Shown: one piece after another, positions 12,301 to 27,000 of the stretch
How the letters are laid out: each line of letters opens with the position of its first letter
Numbering within the stretch: position 1 is the stretch's first letter
Source of the DNA: Piromyces finnis finn
Taxonomy: Eukaryota > Fungi > Neocallimastigomycota
Length of the DNA stretch: 64,000 nucleotides
Assembly (NCBI GenBank): GCA_002104945.1
Contig: MCFH01000015.1
Location: 744,001 to 808,000 of the forward strand
Direction of reading: 5' to 3'
Program-made: the position numbers and the translations under genes
Notes under the pieces: generated by a model
Databases searched by the model: none
What the model saw: only the letters and a program-made list of their open reading frames with translations
What the model was told of the DNA's origin: nothing

Positions 12301-13859
12301 ATGGTTAAGAAGAAAAATGGAAAATGGCGCATTTGCATTGATTTTAGAAAATTAAATAATGTAACTGTTAAAGATGCATACGCCCTACCTAAAATCAAAG
12401 AAATTTTTGATTCACTTAAAGACTCAAAAATCTTTTCAACAATTGATTTATTTAGTGGATATCATCAAATTCCTATGTTCAAAGAAGATATAAAACTTCT
12501 TTTACCACGAAATTTGGTAACTATTATTTTAAAGTTATGCCTTTTGGATTAACTAATGCTTCTGCCACTTTTCAGCGCGAAATGAATCGTATCTTTTTCG
12601 ATTTAATTAATGAATGTGTTCAAATATATTTAGATGATATTATTATTTATTCTCCTAGTTTTGAAGATCATATTAATGACTTAAGAAAAGTTTTTACTAT
12701 TTTACGTAATAACAAATTAAAGTTAAATATTGAGAAATGTTCTTTTTGTCAACTTGAAATAGAGGCTTTAGGTCATCGGGTTACTATTGATGGTTTACTT
12801 CCTTTGGAAAAGAAAGTCGCATCTATTAAAGAAATGAACCCACCACGAGATATCTCTGAACTACGTTCATTTTTAGGTATGACTAGTTATTACAGAAATT
12901 TTATTGAAAATTATTCTGCTATTGCAGCTCCTCTTTGCAAATTATTAAAGAAGAAAATTAAATATGAATGGACAGAAATTCAAGAACAAAGTTTCAGAAA
13001 TTTGATATATTGCCTAGTTAATGCACCAACTCTTTGTTTTCCTAAATTTGATGTTCCTTTTATAATTAGATCTGATGCTTGTGGATATGGAATTGGTGGT
13101 GTTTTACTACAGTTATATGATGACAATATTGAACACCCAGTTTATTTTGTTAGTAGAAGTATTAAGAAATCGGAAGAAAATTATACCACTACTGAATTAG
13201 AAGGTACTGCTGCTTATTATTGTCTTTTACAATTTGAACCATATATTCTAGGGAATCCATTTCAAACTATTCTTTATACTGACCATGAACCTTTAGTTCC
13301 CATCATTAAGAAAGGAGAACCGAATACGAAAAAACATCAACGCTGGTGTGATAAATTTAGTCAATTAAAAGTTAATATTATTTATCAACCAAGAAAAGCT
13401 AATAAAATTGCTGATGCTTTATCCAGAATAACTTTGAAAGAGAATTTAATTGTTAACACTACTATTTCTGATGGTAATGACAATAATAATAAAGATGAGA
13501 ATAATAGTAATATTAATAAGTTTAATGCTAATAATTTGGATAATTTGGAAATTAATAATAATAATATTAATAATAATAATAATAACAGTAATTATAATAT
13601 CAACAATATCGATATTTCCAACAAAACCAATAGTTCCAATTTTACCAAGGAGGAGAACGAAAAATATGTTCGAACTATTGACAATAAATTATACTTCAAA
13701 GATAATAATAATTTTAGGGAGATTATTGATGATCCGTACACTAAAATTAAAATAATTGCAAAAGAGCATAGAATTGGACATGAAGGAGTACAGAAAACTT
13801 ATGAAAGAATCAAAATCAAATTTTATTGGAAAAATTTAATCATTGATGTAAAAAAATAA
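12301..13859 (+). pseudogene. pol: Ty3/gypsy pol fragment (RT, RNase H, start of integrase), frameshifted and truncated
   Basis: KKNGKWRICIDFRKLN, YLDD, RSDACGYGIGGVLLQ, ADALSR, HRIGHEG; frameshift near 12495; stop at 13859. Confidence 0.92.
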
Positions 13860-15759
13860 TTAATAATTAGAAAGAAGAGTTTTAATAAGACAATATTATA
13901 AGTGAAATTATTAATAAGAGAGAAGTTAATAATAATAATAAAATATTTTTCACCTAATATAATAAATTATAAATAAACTAATATTAAATTACTACAACAT
14001 AAAAGAAACATATATCAATAAGAAATAACATTTATTTATGTACAATAATTTCTCGTGATAATCATAATTTAAATATACGCCACGACTATAACTTTTTATG
14101 TAAATTTAAGATTTTTGTCGTAAATCAATTTATGGATTTTATGTAATTATTATAAATTTACCAATTTATAATAATTAAGGTTTATAATTTATATTTTATA
14201 TCAGTAACAAGGAACAATAGATGACTTATTATTTATGCAAGTTATACGATAAAATAAAAGTACAAAAGTGTAGGGACAAATAAATAATTGAAATACAATT
14301 AAATTTTAATAGTAAATAATATTAGAAATAAAAAATATTAAAAAAAATTAATAATTCATAGTATTATTATTTTATTTTTCAAAATTTGGAAATAAACTAT
14401 ATAAATAATCACTTATTAAACATAATAAACTTATCATTTAAAAGTAAATGAAGATTATAATAAAAATGATGGGGTTTTAAAGAATTTGGCTTTTTTTTTA
14501 TTTTTAATATTAATTTTATTTAAATATTTTTTTATATATACAATTATATAATGCTTTATTATTAGTAGTAGATAAAGTGTAATTATTAAAAAATTTATTT
14601 AATACTTTTGATTTTAATTTGAATAAATTGTAAAAATAGCATTAAAAATTTTAAAATTCAATTATTTCTCTTTCTCTTTATAAGATAGATTAAAATGAGT
14701 AAATCAATAATATTTGAATTTGAATTTTTTATATAAACAGTTAATCTAATTGAAGTAAAAAAAAAAAAAAATTGTTCACTCTATGTAAACAAAAAATTTT
14801 AAAAATAAGCCCTCGCTATTTCAGTTTGAGCTTCTCATTCAACCATAAATCATTCCGATCAATGGTTATAATTTTTTTCAAATTCTATGAAAAAAATTTT
14901 AATAAACGTATTCTTAGAATTATTGGTCTAAGAAATGTAAGATGAAAGTCTCACTGTTTCAGTGATAACTTTATATTAAGGAAGATATAATTTCTATATA
15001 TGTACCATTAATTTTTCAGCTTTATGAAAAATTAAATATTTTTTTTAGATCAACGGCTTATCCTTCGATGTAAAATTTTATCAATTTATTATTTTAAAAT
15101 TAAATTTTATAAACAACTTTAATAATTTTCATTTACTCTCTAAGAATAAATATTAATTATAATTATAGTAATAAATATTTAAATATTTATTATTTTTTAA
15201 TAAATAAATAAAATAAATAAATAAATAAACAAATAAATGACTAAATAAATAAATAAATCATGAATTAATAAAAATATCTGGTTGTTAATACCACTATTCT
15301 TTTTTTATAAATCATATGTTTATATATTAATATCTAAAAAAAAATAAAAATATATGATTCATCCATATATTGTAGAATATCCTATTAAATTTTAATAGTA
15401 TTACTAAAATAAATATTTTTTTTTGTTAAATCATATAACTTAAAATATAGATAGTTAATTATATATATATGTAATGTTTATTATTTATTAAAAAAAATAA
15501 TAATATTTTATAAATATAAAACCATTTTTATGTTTAAAAAAAAAAAAAAAACATAATCAAATAAAGTAATAAAGTAGAATATTTAATTTCGGTAGTAATA
15601 ATATTCTATAAATTTTAATTGATAAAACCATTTAACATTTTAATATTTCTAATATTATCGTAAAATATTTAACATAAATATTAGAAAAGGATGAAATGAT
15701 GAAATAGAATATTATATTTCAATTAATGAAAATAGAGAATCAACTTTTCCAAAGTATGT

Positions 15760-18700
15760 TATTTCAAAAATTGGAAGGAAATATACATTATTATTATTAT
15801 AAGGGTTAGATCCAATGTTTTTAAATTTACTAAATTTCCTAGTTCTTTTGGTAGTTCTGTTAATTTATTAAAAGATAGACCTAATTCTGGTAAATTTTTT
15901 AAATTTTTTAAAATTTTTATTTCTTTTAGTAATTCATAAAGTAAAATATCATTAGGATGTGAAAGTACCAACTTTTGTAAATTCTTTGCATTTAACATTA
16001 TTTGAAACAATTTTGAAATTTCTATACCAATATTATCAATTTTCAAACTCTTTAATTTTGGTGCTAATTTTTTAATATTTATTGTTTGAAGATTCAATAA
16101 ACCCAATTCTCCATCTATACGAAGTTCTTGAGACAATGCACTTTGATCAGCATCTTTTTTCTTATTTTCATTTATAACGATAATCTTCCATATTTTATTT
16201 AAATTAATAATATTTTTAATCAATTCATAATTTGATAATGGATAATTTAGGTTTGAAATAGTGATAAGATTTAAAATGGTATTCATCTTTAAATTGCAAT
16301 TAAAGGTTTCATCTTCATTATAAATAGGTTCTAATTTTTTTGTTTTTAATATGGATGTTGTTTCCTTTAAAATATTAATAATCAAATTATTATCCACAAT
16401 CACTTCTTCTATTAATGGTAAAGTCCATAATGTGTTTGGAAAAGTTTGTGTTGGATTATTATGAAAATCTAATTTTCTTAAATTTTTTAATTTTGAAATT
16501 AGTGGATGAATTTCCGTTGATTATTACTTAAATCAAGAATCTTCAAATTTTTCACAGCTTCAAAATCTTCATTAATAATATCATATGGAAATTGTTTAAT
16601 ATTTTTATTATTTACAAACAACGATTCACAGCATTCTGAATTTTTATAATAATATTTGATAGAAATAAAAGGTTGATAATCCAATTTAATTTTTTTTAAA
16701 TTTATTAAATTTCCTATTTCTTTTGGTAATTTTGTTATTTGATTATAACTTAGCTTCAATATTTTTAAATTTATTAAATTTAATATTTCATTTGGAAATT
16801 CTGCTATATTTCCAGATAGATCTAATTCTTGTAAATTTATTAAATTTCCTATTTCTTTTGGTAATTCTCTTAAATTATTATTAAATATTTCAAATAATTA
16901 ACTTATATATTTTATATTAAAAATAAATAATTCTTGCAAGTTTTTAAATTTCTTTTTATTTTTATTTTTTTTAATTCTATTATTTTATTATTAGATAAAT
17001 CCAATATTTTTAAATTACCAAATTTACTATCTCTTTCTTTAATTTTGTTAATCCATTACGACTTAGAAATAATTTTTGTAAATTTAATAAATTAAATATT
17101 TCTTTTGATAATTCTTTTAATTCATTTTCATTTAAATTCAATTCATGTAAATTTATAAAATTTTCAATTTCTTTTGGAATTCTGTTAATTCATTTTCATT
17201 TAGATCCAATTCTGGTAAATTTATTAAATTTCCTAATTTTTTTTTTGGTAATTCTGTTATTTAGTTCCAAGATAGATCTAATTTTTGTAAATTTATTAAA
17301 TTTTCAATTTCTTTTGGTAATTCTTTTAAACTATTACGAGATAGATCAAATTGTTGTAAATTTTTTTAAATATCCCATTTCTTTTGGTAATTCTGTTAAT
17401 TCATTTTCATTTAGATCCAATTCTTGTAAATTTTTTAAATTTCTCATTTCTTTTGGTAATTCTGTTAATTCATTTTCATTTAGATCCAATTCTTGTAAAT
17501 TTTTTAAATTTCCTATTTCTTTTGGTAATTCTTTTAAACTATTACAAGATAGATACAATTTTTGTAAATTTATTAAATTTCCTATTTCTTTTGGTAATTC
17601 TGTTATTTCATTATCCCATAATAACAATATTTTTAAATTTATTAAATTTCCTATTTCTTTTGGTAATTCTTTTAAACTATTTTCAGATAGATCCAGTTCT
17701 TGTAAATTTATTAAATTTCCTATTTCTTTTGGTAATTCTTTTAAACTATTTTCAGATAGATTCAATTTTTGTAAATTTTTTAAATTTAATATTTCTTTTG
17801 GAAATTCTGTTATTTGATTATTTGAAAGATGTAATATTGGTAAATTTATTAAATTTCCTATTTCTTTTGGTAATTCTGTTAATTTATTTTTATTTAGAAT
17901 CAACTTTTGTAAATTTATTAAATTTCCTATTTCTTTTGGTAATTCTGTTAATTTATTTTTATATAGATACAATTTTTGTAAATTTATTAAATTTCCTATT
18001 TCTTTTGGTAATTCTGTTATTTGATTATTATCAAGATCTAAATTTTGTAAATTTATTAAATTTAATATTTCTTTTGGTAATTCTTTTAAACTATTACGAG
18101 ATAGATCCAATTCTTGTAAATTTTTTAAATTTTTTAAAATTTTTATTTCTTTTAGTAATTCATAAAGTAAAATATCATTAGGATGTGAAAGTACCAAAAT
18201 TTGTAAATTCTTTGCATTTGACATTATTTGAAACAATTTTGAAATTTCTATACCAATATTATCAATTTTCAAACTCTTTAATTTTGGTGCTAATTTTTTA
18301 ATACTTATTGTTTGAAGATTCAATAAATCCAATTCTCCATCTATACGAAGTTCTTGAGACAATGCACTTTGATCAGCATCTTTTTTCGTATTTTCATTTA
18401 TAATGATAATCTTCCATATTTTATTTAAATTAATAATATTTTTAATCAATTCATTATTACTTAATGGATAATTTTGTTTGGAAAGAGTGATAAGATTTAA
18501 AATGGTATGTATCTCTAAATCGCTTATTTTTGAATTTTTAGAATAAGTTTCATTTTCAATAAAATAGGGTTGTTGTAATTCTATTGTTTTTAAAATGAAT
18601 GTTGTTTCCCTTAAAATATTAAGAATTAAACTATTATCCACAATCACTTCTTCTAATAATGGTAAGGTCCATAATGTTTCTGGTAAAGTTTGTAATGGAT

Positions 18701-21012
18701 TATTATGAAAATCTAATTTTCTTAAATTTTTTAATTTTGAAATTAGTGGAGGAATTTCCGTTAATTGATTATTACTTAAATCAAGAATTTTCAAATTTTC
18801 CACAGCTTCAAAATCTTCATTAATAATATCATATGGAAATTGTTTAATATTTTTATTATTTAATAATAAAGCTTCACAGCATTCTGAATTTTCATAATAA
18901 TATTTGATAGAAATAGAATGTTGATAATCTAATTCAATTTCTTTTAAATTTATTAAATTTCCTATTTCTTTTGGTAATTCAGTTAATTCATTATCATTTA
19001 GAATCAATTCTTGTAAATTTATTAAATTTCCTATTTCTTTTGGTAATTCTGTTATTTTATTCCAAAATAGATGTAATTTTTGTAAATTTATTAAATTTCC
19101 TATTTCTTTTGGCAATTTTGTTATTTGATTCCTCCATAAAATTAAATTTTGTAAATTTATTAAATTTCCTACTTCTTTTGGTAATTCTTTTAAACTATTT
19201 TCAGATAGATTCAATTCTTGTAAATTTATTAAATTTAATATTTCTTTTGATAATTCTGTTATTTGATTATCTGAAAGATCTAAATTTTGTAAATTTATTA
19301 AATTTAATATTTCTTTTGATAATTCTGTTATTTGATTATCTGAAAGATGTAATTTTTGTAAATTTATTAAATTTCCTATTTCTTTTGGTAATTCTTTTAA
19401 ACTATTTTCAGATAGATTCAATTCTTGTAAATTTATTAAATTTCCTATTTCTTTTGGTAATTCTTTTAACTTATTTTTATTTAGAATCAATTCTTGTAAA
19501 TTTATTAAATTTCCTATTTCTTTTGGTAATTCTTTTAAACTATTTTCAGATAGATTCAATTCTTGTAAATTTATTAAATTTCCTATTTCTTTTGGTAATT
19601 CTGTTATTTGATTATTTGAAAGATCTAAATTTTGTAAATTTATTAAATTTCCTATTTCTTTTGGTAATTCTGTTATTTGATTATTTGAAAGATGTAATTT
19701 TTGTAAATTTATTAAATTTCCTATTTCTTTTGGTAATTCTTTTAAACTATTTTCAGATAGATTCAATTCTTGTAAATTTATTAAATTTCCTATTTCTTTT
19801 GGTAATTCTTTTAATTTATTTTTATTTAGAATCAATTCTTGTAAATTTATTAAATTTTCTATTTCTTTTGGTAATTCTGTTATTTTATTCCAAAATAGAT
19901 TCAATTCTTGTAAATTTATTAAATTTTCTATTTCTTTTGGTAATTCTGTTATTTGATTACTCCATAAATTCAAATTTTGTAAATTTATTAAATTTCCTAT
20001 TTCTTTTGGTAATTCTGTTATTTGATTACTCCATAAATTCAAATTTTGTAAATTTATTAAATTTCCTATTTCTTTTGGTAATTCTGTTATTCTATTCCAA
20101 AATAGATCCAGTTCTTGTAAATTTATTAAATTTAATATTTCTTTTGGTAATTCTGTTATTTGATTATTTGAAAGATGTAATTTTTGTAAATTTATTAAAT
20201 TTCCTATTTCTTTTGGTAATTTTATTATTTGATTATAACTTAGCTTCAATTCTTGTAAATTTATTAAATTTCCTATTTCTTTTGGTAATTCTGTTATTTG
20301 ATTATTTGAAAGATGTAATTTTTGTAAATTTATTAAATTTCCTATTTCTTTTGGTAATTTTATTATTTGATTATAACCTAGCTTCAATTCTTGTAAATTT
20401 ATTAATTTTCCTATTTCTTTTGGTAATTTTATTATTTGATTATAACCTAGCTTCAATTCTTGTAAATTTATTAATTTTCCTATTTCTTTTGGTAATTCTC
20501 TTAATTTATTATTATTTAGAATCAATTCTTGTAAATTTGTTAATTTTCCTATTTCTTTTAGCAATTCATCAAATATAATATCATTAAGATATGAAAGTTC
20601 TAATTTTCGTAAATTCCTTGCATTTGATATTAATTGAGATAGTTTTGAAATTTCTATATCAATTTTATCAATTTTCAAATTCTTTAATTTTGGTGCTAAT
20701 TCTTCAATATTTATTGTTTGAAGATCCGATACATTTAATTCTTTATCAATAAGAAGTTCTTGAGATATTGTGTTTTGATTATCATTATTGCTACCATCCT
20801 AATACATTGTATAAAAATATAATTTTTAATATATATTCAATTAATTAAGTAATAATATTATAAATAAAAAAGCAAAAAAGTAAAAAAAAAAATAAGTAAA
20901 ATCATTATATAAATAAAAATCTTTTAATAACTATTATTATTATATAAATAAAATTTATATAAAAGAAATAAATAATTGAATAAATAATAATATTTTTTTA
21001 TAAAATTACCAT
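15760..21012 (-). CDS. LRR-only protein, copy A (main ORF 17346-20798; 23 + 11 repeats of 23 aa); distal part pseudogenised
   Basis: [23 protein letters not shown] repeats; the open frame extends to an AG acceptor at 20799-20801; +1 A frameshift near 17361, then stops and indels through modules 2-3. Confidence 0.88.
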
Positions 21013-24000
21013 TTTATATTTAATAAATTTTTATAAAGGAAAAAAAGGAAAAATGACAGTGAAATGAATATTTAAATAGATACAATATATAATAAAATAA
21101 AATATGAGTTAAAAGTAATAATGAATATTATATATATCTTGTTAAAAATTGTAATATTTAAATATTATTTATATATATATATTTTTAAAAAAGAAATAAT
21201 CATTGAAGATATTTAATAAATACTTTTTTATCAAATTTATACTTTTTTTTTTAAACTTTACCACAAAATAAAAAAAAAATGTGGTAAAGTTAAAAATAAT
21301 TAATTAATAAAAATATGTTTGATTTATTTAAAAATAAAATACTTCAAATATTCTCTTTCTTTTTTCAAATAAAACTATTTCAATCGTTTATTTATTATTA
21401 ATTATTAATAATTATTTATTTAATAGTTATTATTTTAAATTATTTTCTGTCTTTTTGAAATAACTTCATTTTCAACTCTTTAATAATAATTTATTATTGA
21501 TTTTTATTGTTTTTAATTTATTATTGTACAACATTTTGTATGGAATATATAGTATAGTGATAATATAAACATTTCATTAAATATTAATAAATATTGAAAA
21601 TTAGCATACAAAAATACAAAAATAAATTGAGAAAAGAAATTAACATATCGATAAGTGTAAAATGTAAAATCTATAAACAAATATATTATCATCTGCAAAG
21701 AAAATAAATTATGAAATTATTATTATTATTATAATTATAATATATATAATATATATTATATATTACATTCATATTAATATTTTTTTTTTTTATTTTTAAT
21801 TTTATATTATTTAATTTTTTTATTATTATTATAAATGTAAAATAAATTCATCATCTTCTTTAGTATTTTCATTTATAATGATAATTTTCCATATTTTATT
21901 TATACTAATAATATTTTTAATTAATTCATAATTTGATAATAGATAATTTAGGTTTGAAATAGTGATAAGATTTAAAATGGTATTCACCTTTAAATTACAA
22001 TTAAAGGTTTCATCTTCATTATAAATAGGTTCTAATTTTTTTTGTTTTTAAAATGGATGTTGTTTCCCTTAAAATATTAAGAATTAAACTATTATCCACA
22101 ATCACTTCTTCTATTAATGGTAAAGTCCATAATGTGTTTGGAAAAGTTTGTGTTGGATTATTATGAAAATCTAATTTTCTTAAATTTTTTAATTTTTAAA
22201 TTAGTGGAGGAATTTCCGTTAATTGATTATTACTTAAATCAAGAATTTTCAAATTTTTCACAGCTTCAAAATCTTCATTAATGATATCATATGGAAATTG
22301 TTTAATATTTTTATTATTTACAAACAACGATTCACAGCATTCTGAATTTTTATAATAATATTTGATAGAAATAAAAGGTTGATAATCCAATTTAATTTTT
22401 TTTAAATTTATTAAATTTCCTATTTCTTTTGGTAATTTTGTTATTTGATTATAACTTAGCTTCAATATTTTTAAATTTATTAAATTTAATATTTCATTTG
22501 GAAATTCTGCTATATTTCCAGATAGATCCAATTCTTGTAAATTTATTAAATTTCCTATTTCTTTTGGTAATTCTCTTAAATTATTATTAAATATTTCAAA
22601 TAATTAACTTATATATTTTATATTAAAAATAAATAATTCTTGCAAGTTTTTAAATTTCTTTTTATTTTTATTTTTTTTAATTCTATTATTTTATTATTAG
22701 ATAAATCCAATATTTTTAAATTACCAAATTTACTATCTCTTTCTTTAATTTTGTTAATCCATTACGACTTAGAAATAATTTTTGTAAATTTAATAAATTA
22801 AATATTTCTTTTGATAATTCTTTTAATTCATTTTCATTTAAATTCAATTCATGTAAATTTATAAAATTTTCAATTTCTTTTGGAATTCTGTTAATTCATT
22901 TTCATTTAGATTCAATACTTGTAAATTTATTAAATTTCCTATTTTTTTTTTTGGTAATTCTGTTATTTAGTTCCAAGATAGATCTAATTTTTGTAAATTT
23001 ATTAAATTTTCAATTTCTTTTGGTAATTCTTTTAAACTATTACGAGATAGATCAAATTGTTGTAAATTTTTTTAAATATCCCATTTCTTTTGGTAATTTT
23101 GTTAATTCATTTTCATTTAGATCCAATTCTTGTAAATTTTTTAAATTTCTCATTTCTTTTGGTAATTCTTTTAATTTATTTTTATCTAGAATCAAATCTT
23201 TTAAATTTATTAAATTTCCTATTTCTTTTGGTAATTCTTTTAAACTATTTTCAGATAGATCCAGTTCTTGTAAATTTATTAAATTTCCTATTTCTTTTGG
23301 TAATTCTTTTAAACTATTTTCAGATAGATTCAATTTTTGTAAATTTATTAAATTTAATATTTCTTTTGGAAATTCTGTTATTTGATTATTTGAAAGATGT
23401 AATATTGGTAAATTTATTAAATTTCCTATTTCTTTTGGTAATTCTGTTAATTTATTTTTATTTAGAATCAACTTTTGTAAATTTATTAAATTTCCTATTT
23501 CTTTTGGTAATTCTGTTAATTTATTTTTATATAGATACAATTTTTGTAAATTTATTAAATTTCCTATTTCTTTTGGTAATTCTGTTATTTGATTATTATC
23601 AAGATCTAAATTTTGTAAATTTATTAAATTTAATATTTCTTTTGGTAATTCTTTTAAACTATTACGAGATAGATCCAATTCTTGTAAATTTTTTAAATTT
23701 TTTAAAATTTTTATTTCTTTTAGTAATTCATAAAGTAAAATATCATTAGGATGTGAAAGTACCAAAATTTGTAAATTCTTTGCATTTGACATTATTTGAA
23801 ACAATTTTGAAATTTCTATACCAATATTATCAATTTTCAAACTCTTTAATTTTGGTGCTAATTTTTTAATACTTATTGTTTGAAGATTCAATAAATCCAA
23901 TTCTCCATCTATACGAAGTTCTTGAGACAATGCACTTTGATCAGCATCTTTTTCGTATTTTCATTTATAATGATAATCTTCCATATTTTATTTAAATTAA

Positions 24001-27000
24001 TAATATTTTTAATCAATTCATTATTACTTAATGGATAATTTTGTTTGGAAAGAGTGATAAGATTTAAAATGGTATGTATCTCTAAATCGCTTATTTTTGA
24101 ATTTTTAGAATAAGTTTCATTTTCAATAAAATAGGGTTGTTGTAATTCTATTGTTTTTAAAATGAATGTTTTTTCCCTTAAAATATTAAGAATTAAACTA
24201 TTATCCACAATCACTTCTTCTAATAATGGTAAGGTCCATAATATTTCTGGTAAAGTTTGTAATGGATTATTATGAAAATCTAATTTTCTTAAATTTTTTA
24301 ATTTTGAAATTAATGGAGGAATTTCCGTTAATTGATTATTACTTAAATCAAGAATTTTCAAATTTTCCACAGCTTCAAAATCTTCATTAATAATATCATA
24401 TGGAAATTGTTTAATATTTTTATTATTTAATAATAAAGCTTCACAGCATTCTGAATTTTCATAATAATATTTGATAGAAATAGAATGTTGATAATCTAAT
24501 TCAATTTCTTTTAAATTTATTAAATTTCCTATTTCTTTTGGTAATTCTGTTATTTTATTCCAAAATAGATGTAATTTTTGTAAATTTATTAAATTTCCTA
24601 TTTCTTTTGGCAATTTTGTTATTTGATTCCTCCATAAAATTAAATTTTGTAAATTTATTAAATTTCCTACTTCTTTTGGTAATTCTTTTAAACTATTTTC
24701 AGATAGATTCAATTCTTGTAAATTTATTAAATTTAATATTTCTTTTGATAATTCTGTTATTTGATTATCTGAAAGATCTAAATTTTGTAAATTTATTAAA
24801 TTTAATATTTCTTTTGATAATTCTGTTATTTGATTATCTGAAAGATGTAATTTTTGTAAATTTATTAAATTTCCTATTTCTTTTGGTAATTCTTTTAAAC
24901 TATTTTCAGATAGATTCAATTCTTGTAAATTTATTAAATTTCCTATTTCTTTTGGTAATTCTTTTAATTTATTTTTATTTAGAATCAATTCTTGTAAATT
25001 TATTAAATTTCCTATTTCTTTTGGTAATTCTTTTAAACTATTTTCAGATAGATTCAATTCTTGTAAATTTATTAAATTTCCTATTTCTTTTGGTAATTCT
25101 GTTATTTGATTATTTGAAAGATCTAAATTTTGTAAATTTATTAAATTTCCTATTTCTTTTGGTAATTCTTTTAAACTATTTTCAGATAGATTCAATTCTT
25201 GTAAATTTATTAAATTTTCTATTTCTTTTGGTAATTCTTTTAAACTATTTTCAGATAGATTCAATTCTTGTAAATTTATTAAATTTTCTATTTCTTTTGG
25301 TAATTCTGTTATTTGATTACTCCATAAATTCAAATTTTGTAAATTTATTAAATTTCCTATTTCTTTTGGTAATTCTGTTATTTGATTACTCCATAAATTC
25401 AAATTTTGTAAATTTATTAAATTTCCTATTTCTTTTGGTAATTCTGTTATTCTATTCCAAAATAGATCCAGTTCTTGTAAATTTATTAAATTTAATATTT
25501 CTTTTGGTAATTCTGTTATTTGATTATTTGAAAGATGTAATTTTTGTAAATTTATTAAATTTCCTATTTCTTTTGGTAATTCTTTTAAATTATTACAATA
25601 TAGATTCAATTCTTGTAAATTTATTAAATTTCCTATTTCTTTTGGTAATTTTGTTATTTGATTCCTCCATAAAATTAAATTTTGTAAATTTATTAAATTT
25701 CCTATTTCTTTTGGTAATTCTGTTATTTGATTCCTCCATAAAATTAAATTTTGTAAATTTATTAATTTTCCTATTTCTTTTGGTAATTTTATTATTTGAT
25801 TATAACTTAGCTTCAATTCTTGTAAATTTATTAATTTTCCTATTTCTTTTGGTAATTTTGTTATTTGATTATAACCTAGCTTCAATTCTTGTAAATTTAT
25901 TAATTTTCCTATTTCTTTTGGTAATTCTCTTAATTTATTATTATTTAGAATCAATTCTTGTAAATTTTTTAAATTTTTTAAAATTTTTATTTCTTTTAGT
26001 AATTCATCAAATATAATATCATTAAGATATGAAAGTTCTAATTTTCGTAAATTCCTTGCATTTGATATTAATTGAGATAGTTTTGAAATTTCTATATCAA
26101 TTTTATCAATTTTCAAATTCTTTAATTTTGGTGCTAATTCTTCAATATTTATTGTTTGAAGATCCGATACATTTAATTCTTTATCAATAAGAAGTTCTTG
26201 AGATATTGTGTTTTGATTATCATTATTGCTACCATCCTAATACATTGTATAAAAATATAATTTTTAATATATATTCAATTAATTAAGTAATAATATTATA
26301 AATAAAAAAGCAAAAAAGTAAAAAAAAAAAAAATAAGTAAAATCATTATATAAATAAAAATCTTTTAATAACTAATATTATTATATAAATAAAATTTATA
26401 TAAAAGAAATAAATAATTGAATAAATAATAATATTTTTTTATAAAATTACCATTTTATATTTAATAAATTTTTATAAAGGAAAAAAAGGAAAAATGACAG
26501 TGAAATGAATATTTAAATAGATACAATATATAATAAAATAAAATATGAGTAAAAAGTAATAATGAATATTATATATATCTTGTTAAAAATTGTAATATTT
26601 AAATATTATTTATATATATATATATTTTTAAAAAAGAAATAATCATTGAAGATATTTAATAAATACTTTTTTATCAAATTTATACTTTTTTTTTTAAACT
26701 TTACCACAAAATAAAAAAAAAATGTGGTAAAGTTAAAAATAATTAATTAATAAAAATATGTTTGATTTATTTAAAAATAAAATACTTCAAATATTCTCTT
26801 TCTTTTTTCAAATAAAACTATTTCAATCGTTTATTTATTATTAATTATTAATAATTATTTATTTAATATTTATTATTTTAAATTATTTTCTGTCTTTTTG
26901 AAATAACTTCATTTTCAACTCTTTAATAATAATTTATTATTGATTTTTATTGTTTTTAATTTATTATTGTACAACATTTTGTATGGAATATATAGTATAG

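Noticed and set aside
18971-20578. Long plus-strand Leu/Phe-rich ORFs (also 24538-26016, 17384-18181, 23090-23749, 27876-28655) that look like membrane proteins
   Set aside because: They are antisense shadows of the 69-bp LRR repeat, whose reverse frame happens to lack stop codons; they start and end with the arrays.
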